A DNA stretch of 64,000 nt, from positions 46,559 through 110,558 of the forward strand of contig JBLILN010000001.1 in assembly GCA_047635695.1 (NCBI GenBank), read 5' to 3'. The stretch is from Alphaproteobacteria bacterium (GTDB lineage Bacteria > Pseudomonadota > Alphaproteobacteria > UBA2136). The notes below the pieces were generated by a model. The model was not told the origin of the DNA. It made no database searches and was given only the letters and a program-made list of their open reading frames with translations. The translations under genes and the position numbers were made by a program. This document shows, piece by piece, positions 1-9,157 of this stretch (position 1 is its first letter; every line of letters starts with the position of its first letter).

Positions 1-219
1 ATGTTCATTCAGGTTTTCACCTTCGATGAAATACCTGTAGTCGGCTTCATTTTTGCGGATAACACTCTCGCCAAGTTGTTTGATAGCCTCAAGTAAAATT
101 TCTTTTTCCATCGGTTTTTCGAGGTAAAGTTTCACATCCACATCAAAACCTTTTTCTTCGAGTAAGTTAAAGGCTTGGCGTGATTTTGAGCATCTCGGGT
201 TATGGTAGAGTGTTATCAT
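1..219 (-). CDS. ArsC/Spx-family reductase (3' end of the gene runs off the window)
   Basis: Reverse-strand translation from ATG 219-217 gives MITLYHNPRCSKSRQAFNLLEEKGF..., the thioredoxin-fold CxxS/ArsC-family N-terminus. SD GAGGA lies upstream. The ORF is open to position 1. Confidence 0.6.
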   Translation of the reverse strand, partial: MITLYHNPRCSKSRQAFNLLEEKGFDVDVKLYLEKPMEKEILLEAIKQLGESVIRKNEADYRYFIEGENLNEH

Positions 220-245
220 ATTTTGCGTCCTCGTTGAATTGCGGT

Positions 246-554
246 CTACATGCCTGGTATTTGCATGCCACCTGTTACTTTATTCATTTCAGTGCTGACA
301 TGTGTTTCAACACGGTCGGCTACGTCGTTAAAAGCCACCATTAAAAGGTCTTCGAGTGTTTCAATGTCCTCTGCATCAACAACGTCTTTGTTTAATTTTA
401 TAGCGCTTACTTTGTGTTTGCAAGTCATGGTTATTTCAACGGCGCCACCGGCAGCAGAACCTGTCATTTCGTGATTTTCAAGCTCAGCTTGAAGTTTTGT
501 CATGTTTGATTGCATTTGTTGTGCTTGTTTCATCATTGCGGCCATGTTTTTCAT
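246..554 (-). CDS. ybaB: nucleoid-associated protein YbaB/EbfC
   Basis: 102 aa with MKNMAAMMKQAQQMQSNMTKLQAELE... C-terminal GGMQIPGM is typical of YbaB. It lies next to dnaX as in the conserved dnaX-ybaB locus. Confidence 0.85.
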   Translation of the reverse strand: MKNMAAMMKQAQQMQSNMTKLQAELENHEMTGSAAGGAVEITMTCKHKVSAIKLNKDVVDAEDIETLEDLLMVAFNDVADRVETHVSTEMNKVTGGMQIPGM

Positions 555-574
555 ATTCTATATTTCCTTTGTGA

Positions 575-1015
575 TTATAGTTCTAATTTAAAATTTCTGT
601 GGGGGATGCGTGCATCCATAAACTCATCGCCATAAGGCTTAAAGCCAAATGACTGATAAAAACCAAGGGCGTGTGTTTGCCCGCTTAAAAGGACTGTTTT
701 AATGTTTTTATCTTGAATGTCTTTGAGTATTTTCTTCATGATTTGGCGACCAACGCCATGACCACGGTAGTCTTTTGCAACGCATAGGCGTTCAATCTTT
801 ATTTCATCTATAGATATTTCACGTAAGCGCACCGTCCCTGCAACAATACCAGCCACTTTGGCAAGGTAGTGTGTACATGTATCATCTAAACCGTCAAATT
901 CTTCTTCTTCAGTTACAGACTGTTCATCCATAAAAATATCGCGGCGTAATTTATAAGATTGTTCAAGCTCGGCTTGTTCACCGATAAGGCGAATATCGAT
1001 CGCAGTTGCTATCAT
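575..1015 (-). CDS. GNAT-family N-acetyltransferase
   Basis: 146 aa with an acetyl-CoA binding motif RGHGVGRQIMKKIL (Q/RxxGxG/A) and GFKPYG. It is inserted between dnaX and ybaB. Confidence 0.75.
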   Translation of the reverse strand: MIATAIDIRLIGEQAELEQSYKLRRDIFMDEQSVTEEEEFDGLDDTCTHYLAKVAGIVAGTVRLREISIDEIKIERLCVAKDYRGHGVGRQIMKKILKDIQDKNIKTVLLSGQTHALGFYQSFGFKPYGDEFMDARIPHRNFKLEL

Positions 1016-1033
1016 TTATTTTACCTCATTCAT

Positions 1034-2677
1034 TTAGTTTGTATTTACTTTTACCACTTCTGAGCCGGGGAATGCATCTAAAATCTTTCGAATTTCAGAA
1101 GATTTTAACGCTTTTTCTTTGCGTTCGCTCGCTTCTCTGGTGAGTGTTTCAGCCAATGTTTCATTTGTATTTTCACTGTCAAACGATATATGCCAACGCT
1201 TGGCTGTTGTTTTAAAAAGCGCTTCGCTTAATTTCTTATGCAGTTCGTCTTGGCTGCGCAGGCCTTTAACGAACATAAGTTCAAGCTTTTTATCTGTAAT
1301 AGATTCCGCTCTAATTTGCGTTTCGAGCGAGCCTGCTAAAGGGCTAAACTCATGACGCAATGAATTTACCAATGTACGCCAAGCTTCGGCACAGTTTGAT
1401 ACTTGTGGTTCAGCTTGAACCGCCACTTCTTTTTGAGGTGCGGCAGTTGTGGCTGTTGGTTGAGCAGTTTGACGAGGCTCTAAAGGAGCCTCAGACGGCT
1501 TTTTTACGGAGGGTGACCCCGCATTCGCTGCCATCTCGATCAGGGCGCTCATCGCTGGTAGTGGTGCCATGTGTGTAACACGGATAAGCCCCATTTCAAC
1601 AATTTCAAATGGCCTTGTGCCTGCTTTAGCTTCTGTGACCACGGTCAACAACATTTGGTAAGCACGGGAAAGGTTTTCAAGACCGAGCTTTTCACTTAAT
1701 TGAATGCCACGTGTTTTTTCAAGTTCACTTAATGTATTTGATTGAACCAAGCTTGGTATTGTTTTAAGCCTTGTAATAAGGTGTGCAACTGAAAGAAGAT
1801 CACTGACAATTAACATCGGGTCGTGCCCTGTTTCATGCATGCTATTCAGCTTTTCAAGCATTTGCGTAATATCGCCTGCCATTAAAGCTTCAAAAAGGTC
1901 GTAGGCACGGGCACGGTCGGCCATGCCTAACATACCATTTACCGTTTCAATATTTACTTTTTCACCCGCACTTAATGCAATGGCTTGATCAAGCAATGAA
2001 AGACCATCACGGGCAGACCCATCAGCGGCTTTGGCAATTTGCATCACCGCAGCAACGTCAAATTCAACCGCTTCTTTTTCTAAAATGCCTGTGTAAAGGC
2101 CGCATAAATCTTCGGCGCTAATACGCTTAAGGTCAAAACGCTGGCAACGTGAAAGAACGGTAACAGGTATTTTATTTACTTCTGTTGTGGCAAAGATGAA
2201 TTTGACATGTGTTGGTGGTTCTTCCAACGTTTTAAGCAAGGCGTTAAATGCTTGCTTAGAAAGCATGTGCACCTCATCAATAATATAGACTTTGTACTTG
2301 CCTTGTACAGGGGCGTAATTCACACCTTCAAAGAGTGAGCGAATGTCGTCCACACCTGTGTGTGATGCGGCGTCAAATTCAAGTACGTCAACATGGTTGC
2401 CATTTTCAATGGCTTTGCAGTTTGCATCGTCTTCTGCCCATGTAATAGAAGGGCCATTTTCGCAGTTCAAAACCTTTGCAAGCAGGCGGGCAGTGGTTGT
2501 TTTACCTGTGCCTCGAATACCTTGTAGCACGTAAGCGTGGTGCAATCGGTTGCTTTCTACGGCATTTTTAAGTGTACGCACCAATGCGTCTTGGCCGACA
2601 ATATCGGCAAACGTTGTTGGGCGGTATTTTCTCGCCAGAACGAGATAATCTGTTTTGCCTTTGGCTTGTTCTACCAC
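1034..2677 (-). CDS. dnaX: DNA polymerase III subunit gamma/tau
   Basis: 547 aa. It has a clamp-loader AAA+ N-terminus (YRPTTFADIVGQ, Walker A GTGKTT, SRC motif LSRCQRF). It uses a GTG start with an AAGGGG SD. Confidence 0.9.
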   Translation of the reverse strand: MVEQAKGKTDYLVLARKYRPTTFADIVGQDALVRTLKNAVESNRLHHAYVLQGIRGTGKTTTARLLAKVLNCENGPSITWAEDDANCKAIENGNHVDVLEFDAASHTGVDDIRSLFEGVNYAPVQGKYKVYIIDEVHMLSKQAFNALLKTLEEPPTHVKFIFATTEVNKIPVTVLSRCQRFDLKRISAEDLCGLYTGILEKEAVEFDVAAVMQIAKAADGSARDGLSLLDQAIALSAGEKVNIETVNGMLGMADRARAYDLFEALMAGDITQMLEKLNSMHETGHDPMLIVSDLLSVAHLITRLKTIPSLVQSNTLSELEKTRGIQLSEKLGLENLSRAYQMLLTVVTEAKAGTRPFEIVEMGLIRVTHMAPLPAMSALIEMAANAGSPSVKKPSEAPLEPRQTAQPTATTAAPQKEVAVQAEPQVSNCAEAWRTLVNSLRHEFSPLAGSLETQIRAESITDKKLELMFVKGLRSQDELHKKLSEALFKTTAKRWHISFDSENTNETLAETLTREASERKEKALKSSEIRKILDAFPGSEVVKVNTN

Positions 2678-2873
2678 TGCATTCCCCTTAAAAAAATAAA
2701 TTAAATATAGTTACGTGAAAGTTATACACCAACTGCCCATATAAGGCAAAAAATCCATGCCTTAAATGCTTTATTTTTACATAAAGGTTGATAAAATCAT
2801 GTGGAAATTATATTGTGTGGGTACTTATATTGTATACCTTATCTTTTCTTTTTAAATCTTAGGAGGTTCTCCT

Positions 2874-3179
2874 ATGTCAAATATAATCTTATTTAATGGC
2901 GCGCATTTAACATCAAACCCGACGCAAATCGTCACAGTTTGTAAAGTTGTTAAAAATGGAGCGCATATTAAAGTGCCTGTTTATAATAAAATGAATGACC
3001 GACGTTTCCGTAACATCTTTGATGACTATAATTATATACCCGTACCTGTGGGTAGCTACATTTTAACCGACTCTGATGGGCTAGAATTTTCCATTACATT
3101 TGAAGTTTTATCATTGCATTATAAACCTTTAAATAACACGCTTATGGGCGCCGACGGTATGTATCAAATTATTGTTTAA
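2874..3179 (+). CDS. hypothetical small protein (paralog A)
   Basis: 101 aa with a strong SD AGGAGG 7 nt upstream. The C-terminus ...HYKPLNNTLMGADGMYQII resembles that of the next ORF. Confidence 0.5.
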   Translation: MSNIILFNGAHLTSNPTQIVTVCKVVKNGAHIKVPVYNKMNDRRFRNIFDDYNYIPVPVGSYILTDSDGLEFSITFEVLSLHYKPLNNTLMGADGMYQIIV

Positions 3180-3206
3180 ATTCATTCAACTTCAAGGAAT
3201 ATTCCG

Positions 3207-3464
3207 ATGCAGGGAAATCTTGTTTATTTACGTAAAGTTACCAAAAAACAAGGCGAGTTGATTAGAACTTGCCCTATGGATACCCGTGGTTTTGCCGCTA
3301 AAAGCAAACTTGTCAGAGACATTAAAGTTCTTTGTGGGTCTTTTATTGGCACCTATAATGGCGACGATTTTATTTTAACAATTGATGAACTAACAGCAAA
3401 ATATAAACCTGTTAAAGCCACTGTTAGTGGTGAAACCGTTTGGTACCAACTTAAAACATCTTAA
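3207..3464 (+). CDS. hypothetical small protein (paralog B)
   Basis: 85 aa with SD AAGGAA. The C-terminus YKPVKATVSGETVWYQLK aligns with ORF A and weakly with the GxWxWKK family in the flagellar locus. Confidence 0.5.
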   Translation: MQGNLVYLRKVTKKQGELIRTCPMDTRGFAAKSKLVRDIKVLCGSFIGTYNGDDFILTIDELTAKYKPVKATVSGETVWYQLKTS

Positions 3465-3474
3465 ATATCGCAAA

Positions 3475-3507
3475 AAACACTCTATTTATACAGGGTGTTT
3501 TTTTTAT
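3475..3507 (+). terminator. rho-independent terminator
   Basis: Stem acactct/agggtgt with an 8-nt loop followed by T8. Confidence 0.5.
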
Positions 3508-3605
3508 GCACTTGTAGTTGATGGGGAATGAGCTTACTTAAATAATAAGTAGAATCACTTATTCTTTTTTTGGCGTTTTGTCCGTTAACTTTGGAGGACA
3601 TATTT

Positions 3606-4058
3606 ATGTCTGATCAACCAGAACAACGCACTACAAATATTTTTAGTTTGAGTGCGCTTTTATTTTTTATATCCATCATTGCTTCGCTGATATTTTTTGG
3701 CTCTTTTGAGCTTACTATATTTTCAGCAGTCACTGTATTTCTAGTGTGGGGTGTTTTGATTTCTTTATTTGCCTATAATCGAATTGATAAAGGTGTTTAT
3801 TGTTGTTTAGCGTTTGCGTTCGTTGCGTTGGTTGCTTTCGTGTCGCCTATGGAGAGCACCTCTGCTGTAAGTTTGCAAAAATCTATAGGTCAGGTGCCAA
3901 AGGTGGCCGTTTCTGCTGTTATCTGTAGAGATGATATTTGCCAAGCATCTCTTGATGAGGTGCGTCAAAATAATGAAAAGCAACGGCATTATGATAGGGA
4001 GATGTTTGGTGTGAGGCTAAAAGCACTTGATGCTAGTTTTTATTTACCTACCAACTAA
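3606..4058 (+). CDS. hypothetical membrane protein
   Basis: ATG at 3606 preceded by a GGAGGA SD. There are two predicted TM helices (FSLSALLFFISIIASLIFF, VFLVWGVLISLF). Confidence 0.5.
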   Translation: MSDQPEQRTTNIFSLSALLFFISIIASLIFFGSFELTIFSAVTVFLVWGVLISLFAYNRIDKGVYCCLAFAFVALVAFVSPMESTSAVSLQKSIGQVPKVAVSAVICRDDICQASLDEVRQNNEKQRHYDREMFGVRLKALDASFYLPTN

Positions 4059-4076
4059 ACCGTATATAGCGAAAAA

Positions 4077-4103
4077 AAGACCTCCTTAAGGAGGTCTTTT
4101 TTG
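4077..4103. terminator. bidirectional rho-independent terminator
   Basis: aagacctcc-ttaa-ggaggtctt flanked by A- and T-runs, between convergent genes. Confidence 0.6.
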
Positions 4104-4148
4104 TTTCTGGTTGTTCTTATTGTGATGGGATAACTGCGATCAAACGTA

Positions 4149-5069
4149 CTACGTTTGCATTAACGCTTTGGCGTAAGCCTTGGCTTCAAAGGGGCGCAGG
4201 TCTTCAACGCTTTCACCAATGCCAATAAAGTGTACGGGTAGTTTATGTTTATCGGCTAAGGCCACAACAACACCACCTTTGGCTGTGCTATCAAGCTTGG
4301 TGATCACAATACCCGAAACGCCAGCCACTTTTTTAAAAGCTTCGGTTTGCATATGGGCGTTTTGACCAACGGTGGCGTCGAGCACTAATATGGTCGCGTG
4401 CGGTGCCGTTTCGTCATGTTTTTTCAGGACACGGATAACTTTTGCCAATTCGTCCATCAGTTCCTTGCGGTTTTGCAAGCGACCCGCTGTGTCGGCAATT
4501 AAAATATCTACACCTGCGGTTTTGGCTTCTTCGTAGGCTTTAAATATAACGCCTGCAGGGTCGGCACCTTCTTTGTGTGGTTTCACAATGGGTATGCCAT
4601 TTCTGTCCGCCCAAACGCTTAATTGTTCAACCGCACCCGCACGGAAAGTATCTCCCGCAGCCAGCATCACGCTTTTGCCTTCGGCTTTATATTTGGCGCT
4701 GAGTTTACCTATGGTTGTTGTTTTGCCGCTACCGTTAACGCCCACCATCATAATAACGGCAGGGCCATCTAGGTTTTTGGGTAGGTTAATGGCTTGTTCG
4801 CAAGGGGCAAGCTTGGCTTCAATTTTTTCACTTAAATAGTCGCGTAATTCTTCTTCTGTTGTTTCTTTGTCGAAGCGGTCACGGCGTAGAGAGTCGACCA
4901 ATGATAGTGACGTTTCCACACCCATATCGGCAGCAATGAGTACCTCTTCCAGTGCTTCACAAGTATCGTCGTCAACCTTCTTGCGTACAAGAATGTCTTT
5001 TAAACCTTCGCTGATACCCGTGGATGATTTTTTTAAACCGTCTTTAAGTTTGCTAAACCAACTTGCCAT
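4149..5069 (-). CDS. ftsY: signal recognition particle receptor FtsY (NG domain only)
   Basis: 306 aa with GVNGSGKTTTIGKL, DTAGR and TKLD GTPase motifs. ATG at 5069-5067. Confidence 0.9.
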   Translation of the reverse strand: MASWFSKLKDGLKKSSTGISEGLKDILVRKKVDDDTCEALEEVLIAADMGVETSLSLVDSLRRDRFDKETTEEELRDYLSEKIEAKLAPCEQAINLPKNLDGPAVIMMVGVNGSGKTTTIGKLSAKYKAEGKSVMLAAGDTFRAGAVEQLSVWADRNGIPIVKPHKEGADPAGVIFKAYEEAKTAGVDILIADTAGRLQNRKELMDELAKVIRVLKKHDETAPHATILVLDATVGQNAHMQTEAFKKVAGVSGIVITKLDSTAKGGVVVALADKHKLPVHFIGIGESVEDLRPFEAKAYAKALMQT

Positions 5070-6025
5070 TATAATGCCGCTTCTTTGTGTGTGTTTGATG
5101 CTTGGAAAAATTCAATAAGTTCCATAATGCTTGGTGCCACTTCTTTTGGTTTTTTACTAAAGTCGTGTATATGTTTGGGCTGTAATGCTTTCCATGACTG
5201 CATATGTTCTAAGCGGTTGTTGTGAGCAGTTTCAGTGGCCAGCGTACTGGTATGAAACATGCCGATAATATAAATAAAACTGGCAAATGAACCAAAAACA
5301 AATCCGTATCCCCAGTGTTTGGCTTTCATTGCTGTCATGACGGCATAAAAGAACGACGCTGTAATGGCGAGTATTAAAATACCCGCAGCAAAATAACCAA
5401 GGTACATATAGCCAACCCCTGGAATAAGTGAAAGCATGGTTGCTGTTTCAATGATTTGGGCGCTATTGACAGGGTTTTCGAGTAGTTTTGTTTTAAGAAG
5501 TGTTGCTTTTTTTGTATAAACATTGGCAAAGTTATCGCTATAAGTTAGGCCTTTTGCCCAAAGGTTATGAAGTTCTGCTTGGGTGGTGAGTAGGTTGTCT
5601 TTATGCAGGCGAACAAGCCGGCTTCTTGCGCTATTGCCACTTAAATTGTCACCTATAAGGTCTGACAGGCGGCTAATTTGATATAAAACGGCTATTTGTC
5701 TTTTTGTATTCGGAAAAACGGTGAGCAGGCGTTGGTAAGCACGAATACTTTTTTCGTATGCGCCCATTTTATGATAAAGGCCTGCAATACGGTAAAGGGC
5801 ACGGCTACGTAAATTAGCGTCCGATGTTTCGTAGACGACGCGTTGCCATTCAAGGGCAGCGCTTTGATAGTCACCTTGTTGTTCAAGGTAAGTGGGAAAC
5901 TTATCGTTTGCCACCATTGTCTGGAATAATTGTGGTGTCGAAATAGCTGCAAGCGAAGGCAACGCCTCGGCTTGTGCATTGAGAACGCTTAAAAATAGGC
6001 ATATAGCTGTCATTAGTTTTTTCAT
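5069..6025 (-). CDS. TPR-repeat protein with signal peptide and C-terminal TM helices
   Basis: Signal peptide MKKLMTAICLFLSVLNAQA, TPR-like repeats (YQSAALEWQ..., AYEKSIRAYQRLL) and two C-terminal hydrophobic helices. Its stop overlaps the ftsY start (TAATG). An upstream TTG at 6034 is possible. Confidence 0.55.
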   Translation of the reverse strand: MKKLMTAICLFLSVLNAQAEALPSLAAISTPQLFQTMVANDKFPTYLEQQGDYQSAALEWQRVVYETSDANLRSRALYRIAGLYHKMGAYEKSIRAYQRLLTVFPNTKRQIAVLYQISRLSDLIGDNLSGNSARSRLVRLHKDNLLTTQAELHNLWAKGLTYSDNFANVYTKKATLLKTKLLENPVNSAQIIETATMLSLIPGVGYMYLGYFAAGILILAITASFFYAVMTAMKAKHWGYGFVFGSFASFIYIIGMFHTSTLATETAHNNRLEHMQSWKALQPKHIHDFSKKPKEVAPSIMELIEFFQASNTHKEAAL

Positions 6026-6207
6026 AACATGCAAGATAACACGCCATTTGGCGTTTTTAAAGTAATTTATCGGTATGTGTGGCTACTGTTAGTATACGGT
6101 TTTATCTTGACAATCATATGTAGTGGTTATATAAATGCCTTACCTTTTAGGCACATACAGTGCCTTAATCTTTAATCTTTTCCACTCTCTTCTTTGAGGT
6201 AAAAATT

Positions 6208-6675
6208 ATGTCTGATGATAAAAATGATGACGACAAAAATCTTGTCGATCTTGACTTTAGTGATAAACGTCCAAGCCGCAATAATGCAAAACCAAAGCCT
6301 GCGCCAAGTGAACCTGTTAATGCAAAACCAAAACATGTTTATAAGGCTGTGCAAGACCCAAGCGTGCAAGAGTCGCGTATGTTTGGTGTACCACGCGGTC
6401 AATATCCAATACTTGATAAAATAAGTGATTATATGGGAATGGGCTTAGCTTCGCGTTTAGGTTGGCATTCTTTTCTAGGCTTGTTGGCCTTTATTGGTAC
6501 AGCTTACTTGTTAGATATTGTCGCCTTGTCTTATATAAGTGGCCCTTTAATAAATTATCTGGCCTTTGGGAAGGTTTCGGCAACACTTTTAGGCATTGCT
6601 TGGTTTCTGTTTGTGAGTTACCCCATTGCAAGCCGTGTGCTTTTCCATAGCGTTATATTCTTTCGACGCAGATAA
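6208..6675 (+). CDS. hypothetical membrane protein with disordered acidic/basic N-terminus
   Basis: 155 aa with SD GAGGT. The N-terminal 70 aa are low-complexity (DDKNDDDKN, KPKPAPSEP), followed by 3 TM helices. Confidence 0.5.
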   Translation: MSDDKNDDDKNLVDLDFSDKRPSRNNAKPKPAPSEPVNAKPKHVYKAVQDPSVQESRMFGVPRGQYPILDKISDYMGMGLASRLGWHSFLGLLAFIGTAYLLDIVALSYISGPLINYLAFGKVSATLLGIAWFLFVSYPIASRVLFHSVIFFRRR

Positions 6676-6705
6676 AACCGCTAAAATATCGACGCCTTAA
6701 ACGGC

Positions 6706-6736
6706 AAAAAACCTCCCATTTGGGAGGTTTTTTTAT
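6706..6736 (+). terminator. rho-independent terminator
   Basis: aaaaaacctccca-tt-tgggagg followed by T7. Confidence 0.65.
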
Positions 6737-6843
6737 GCGCTAATGTTGAAAAGATCCTGTTTTAATAAATGACCTTGCTTGTAAAGTTGTCTTTTTACTA
6801 TGCACAATAAACATATGATCTTTATGTGTACTGCTTTATTTGT

Positions 6844-7311
6844 TTAGCCTTCACGGTGGTAGGGGTGGCCGGCGAGCACGGTGCCTGCACGGTAAATTTG
6901 TTCGAGTATAATGGGGCGCACCATCATGTGTGGGAAGGTCATTGGGCTTAAAGAGATAAGTTTTTTGGCTTGGCTTCTGATACTGTCGTCTAAGCCTTCG
7001 GCACCCCCAATAATGAAAACAAGGTTTCTTGTGCCGCTATCCCTCATTTTGCCGAGCTGTTTTGCAAATTTTGATGTTGCCATCATCTCGCCTTTTTCAT
7101 CCAGAGCAAAAATAACGCTGCCTTCAGGTATTTTGGCGTTTTGGAGCTTGGCTTCGCCTTTTTTAATTTCGTCGACCGTTTGCGCCTTTACTTGCGGCAC
7201 TTCTATGAGTTTTGTCGGGAAAAGAGGCTTAAGGCGTTTTATAAATTCATCAGCCATGCTGTTAATATGCTTGTCCTTGCATTTACCTGTAGCGATGACG
7301 GTGATGTTCAT
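6844..7311 (-). CDS. rlmH: 23S rRNA (pseudouridine1915-N3)-methyltransferase RlmH
   Basis: 155 aa SPOUT-fold protein. It follows rsfS and nadD in the same orientation, the conserved nadD-rsfS-rlmH arrangement. Confidence 0.85.
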   Translation of the reverse strand: MNITVIATGKCKDKHINSMADEFIKRLKPLFPTKLIEVPQVKAQTVDEIKKGEAKLQNAKIPEGSVIFALDEKGEMMATSKFAKQLGKMRDSGTRNLVFIIGGAEGLDDSIRSQAKKLISLSPMTFPHMMVRPIILEQIYRAGTVLAGHPYHREG

Positions 7312-7411
7312 TTTTTGCCCTTTGTGTTTAATATTTTGATGTAGATTAGCATATTGTAAAATATAAATACACCTCTTGAAGGCTTGTTATTTGTGCGCCC
7401 TTGGAGGTTGT

Positions 7412-7792
7412 ATGTCTATAGTTAAGTTTTTTGAAAAACTGGTTGATGGCGAAATTTCTTTTTCTATGATTTTGTCTCGGACCAAAATTGTTTCTGGTTT
7501 GCATGGTTTTGATCTGACCGTTACAAAAACTCTTGATGGTTTTCATATTAAGGTGGTTAATAATGGTCATAATACTAACTACCCTTTAAATGAAGAGAGG
7601 GTCAAAAAGGTTGTTTATAATAATTATGTGAAACAGCCATTAAAGTCTATTGCAGTTCAACAAAGTTGGGACCCTTCAGCTAGCCACAGGTGTCTTGCGA
7701 TGCTATATTTACGTGATGGTAAGCACCGCTGCGCTTATGGCGAATCTATTGCTTGTGGCGAAGTACGTGGCACTATAATAGTTGGCATGTAG
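7412..7792 (+). CDS. hypothetical protein
   Basis: ATG 7412 with a GGAGG SD, followed by a terminator. No recognisable family. Confidence 0.45.
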   Translation: MSIVKFFEKLVDGEISFSMILSRTKIVSGLHGFDLTVTKTLDGFHIKVVNNGHNTNYPLNEERVKKVVYNNYVKQPLKSIAVQQSWDPSASHRCLAMLYLRDGKHRCAYGESIACGEVRGTIIVGM

Positions 7793-7947
7793 TTTTATAT
7801 CGAATAACTAAAGCGCCTGCGGGTGCTTTTTTTTGTGAAAAAAAACATATAGCTTTTGTGAAGCTACTTTATTTTAGTTATACAAAGCACAAATATTTAC
7901 ACTGGCTTTTGCCAGGCTTTCGCTTCTTCTTTGTAAAAGAAACTTTT

Positions 7948-8277
7948 TTAGCAGGCGGTAAGTGTGCCAGGTTGCGGTTTGTCGTCATCAAAGTCATCAT
8001 CATCGAAGTCAATGTAGAGCTTCTCTAGGTTATAGAGCGTTCTTGTTGCTTCATTGAACACGTGTACAACAACGTCGCCGGCGTCAACAATAACCCACTG
8101 GTTATTTGGTGAACCTTCCATGCTGTCAATAATATGACCGCTTTTAACGAGATATTCAGCAACACGGTCGGCAATGGCTTGCACATGCGTGTTGGATGTC
8201 CCTGTTGCGACGATGAGGTTATCGGTGTATGTTTTTCTTTTGATTAAAGAAATCACCTTGATGTCCTGCGCTTTCAT
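7948..8277 (-). CDS. rsfS: ribosomal silencing factor RsfS (Iojap)
   Basis: 109 aa. LIVATGTSNTHVQAIADRV...WVIVDAGDVVVHVF matches the RsfS/YbeB family. It has an acidic C-terminal tail. Confidence 0.85.
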   Translation of the reverse strand: MKAQDIKVISLIKRKTYTDNLIVATGTSNTHVQAIADRVAEYLVKSGHIIDSMEGSPNNQWVIVDAGDVVVHVFNEATRTLYNLEKLYIDFDDDDFDDDKPQPGTLTAC

Positions 8278-8391
8278 ATCTTCAAGCGCGCTTTTACATA
8301 CCAGTAGTGGATCCGTAGCGGATACCTGCCTGAATGCCCTGTTTTTAATTTCTATATGTTTGCTCGTCTTTCGACCCTCCTTATCAATTAC

Positions 8392-9030
8392 TTATGTACC
8401 TACGCAAAAGCTATGCCGTTTTTGTATGCAATGGAGTTGCTCTGCGGTTAAATGTTCAGGTGATTCACCTTTTTTAAGGGTATCCCTGATGTTTGTCGCA
8501 CGGCCCGCATGGGGTCGCATGAACAAAACGCGCCACTGTGGTGGCTTGCCAATGGGGCTACTTTCTTCACAGCGGAAACTTTTAAACCTTGTAATGGCAG
8601 GGCTTTTAAGGGCTGCGAAGGGTTTTTCCTCGCGATAAAATGAAGCGATAGGTATCATTTTCATAATATCTTGCCAGTTGTGCCATTTGTGAAAATGTTG
8701 CCAGTTCTCACAACCCATTAACCATACGAATTGATGGTTTTTGTGCTGTTTTGTGATCAGGCGGATGGTGTCAGATGTTTTATTGACACTTTTATTTTTT
8801 TCGAAGTCGCTGACCTTAATATAAGGGTCATTCTTCATTAAAATCTGACATTGTTCCATGCGCAAGGCATAGTCTTCCATGTCTTTTGTGCTTTTGTGAG
8901 GGTTTTGCGGGCTAACCAGCATCCATATTTCGTGCAGGTGTAAGCGTTTTTTTGCTTCACGCATAAGGCGTAAGTGCCCAAGGTGTGGGGGGTTGAATGA
9001 TCCACCGAATATACCTATACGTCTGACGAT
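8392..9030 (-). CDS. nadD: nicotinate-nucleotide adenylyltransferase NadD (non-canonical start)
   Basis: The track ORF starts at Met 8964, but the reading frame upstream encodes RIGIFGGSFNPPHLGHL (the HxGH nucleotidyltransferase motif). There is no ATG/GTG/TTG before it. ATC at 9030-9028 lies 5 nt after a perfect AGGAGG. Confidence 0.7.
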   Translation of the reverse strand: MVRRIGIFGGSFNPPHLGHLRLMREAKKRLHLHEIWMLVSPQNPHKSTKDMEDYALRMEQCQILMKNDPYIKVSDFEKNKSVNKTSDTIRLITKQHKNHQFVWLMGCENWQHFHKWHNWQDIMKMIPIASFYREEKPFAALKSPAITRFKSFRCEESSPIGKPPQWRVLFMRPHAGRATNIRDTLKKGESPEHLTAEQLHCIQKRHSFCVGT

Positions 9031-9157
9031 ATGAGCCTCCTACATTTGTATATAGTAAAATTATATCGTGTGCTGAAAGGCTTTGCAACTTATAAGTCGC
9101 TGATTGATAGGCTTCCTATGGGCTTATGTGACAAAATAAACATGCGTTATAATGCGA

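Noticed and set aside
2678-2873. Looked for the SRP RNA (ffs), which often sits upstream of dnaX
   Set aside because: The region is AT-rich without the conserved GC-rich domain IV hairpin. No 4.5S-like sequence was seen.
6911-7339. 142-aa plus-strand ORF and overlapping 7141-7344 ORF
   Set aside because: It is antisense to rlmH, whose SPOUT-family match is clear.
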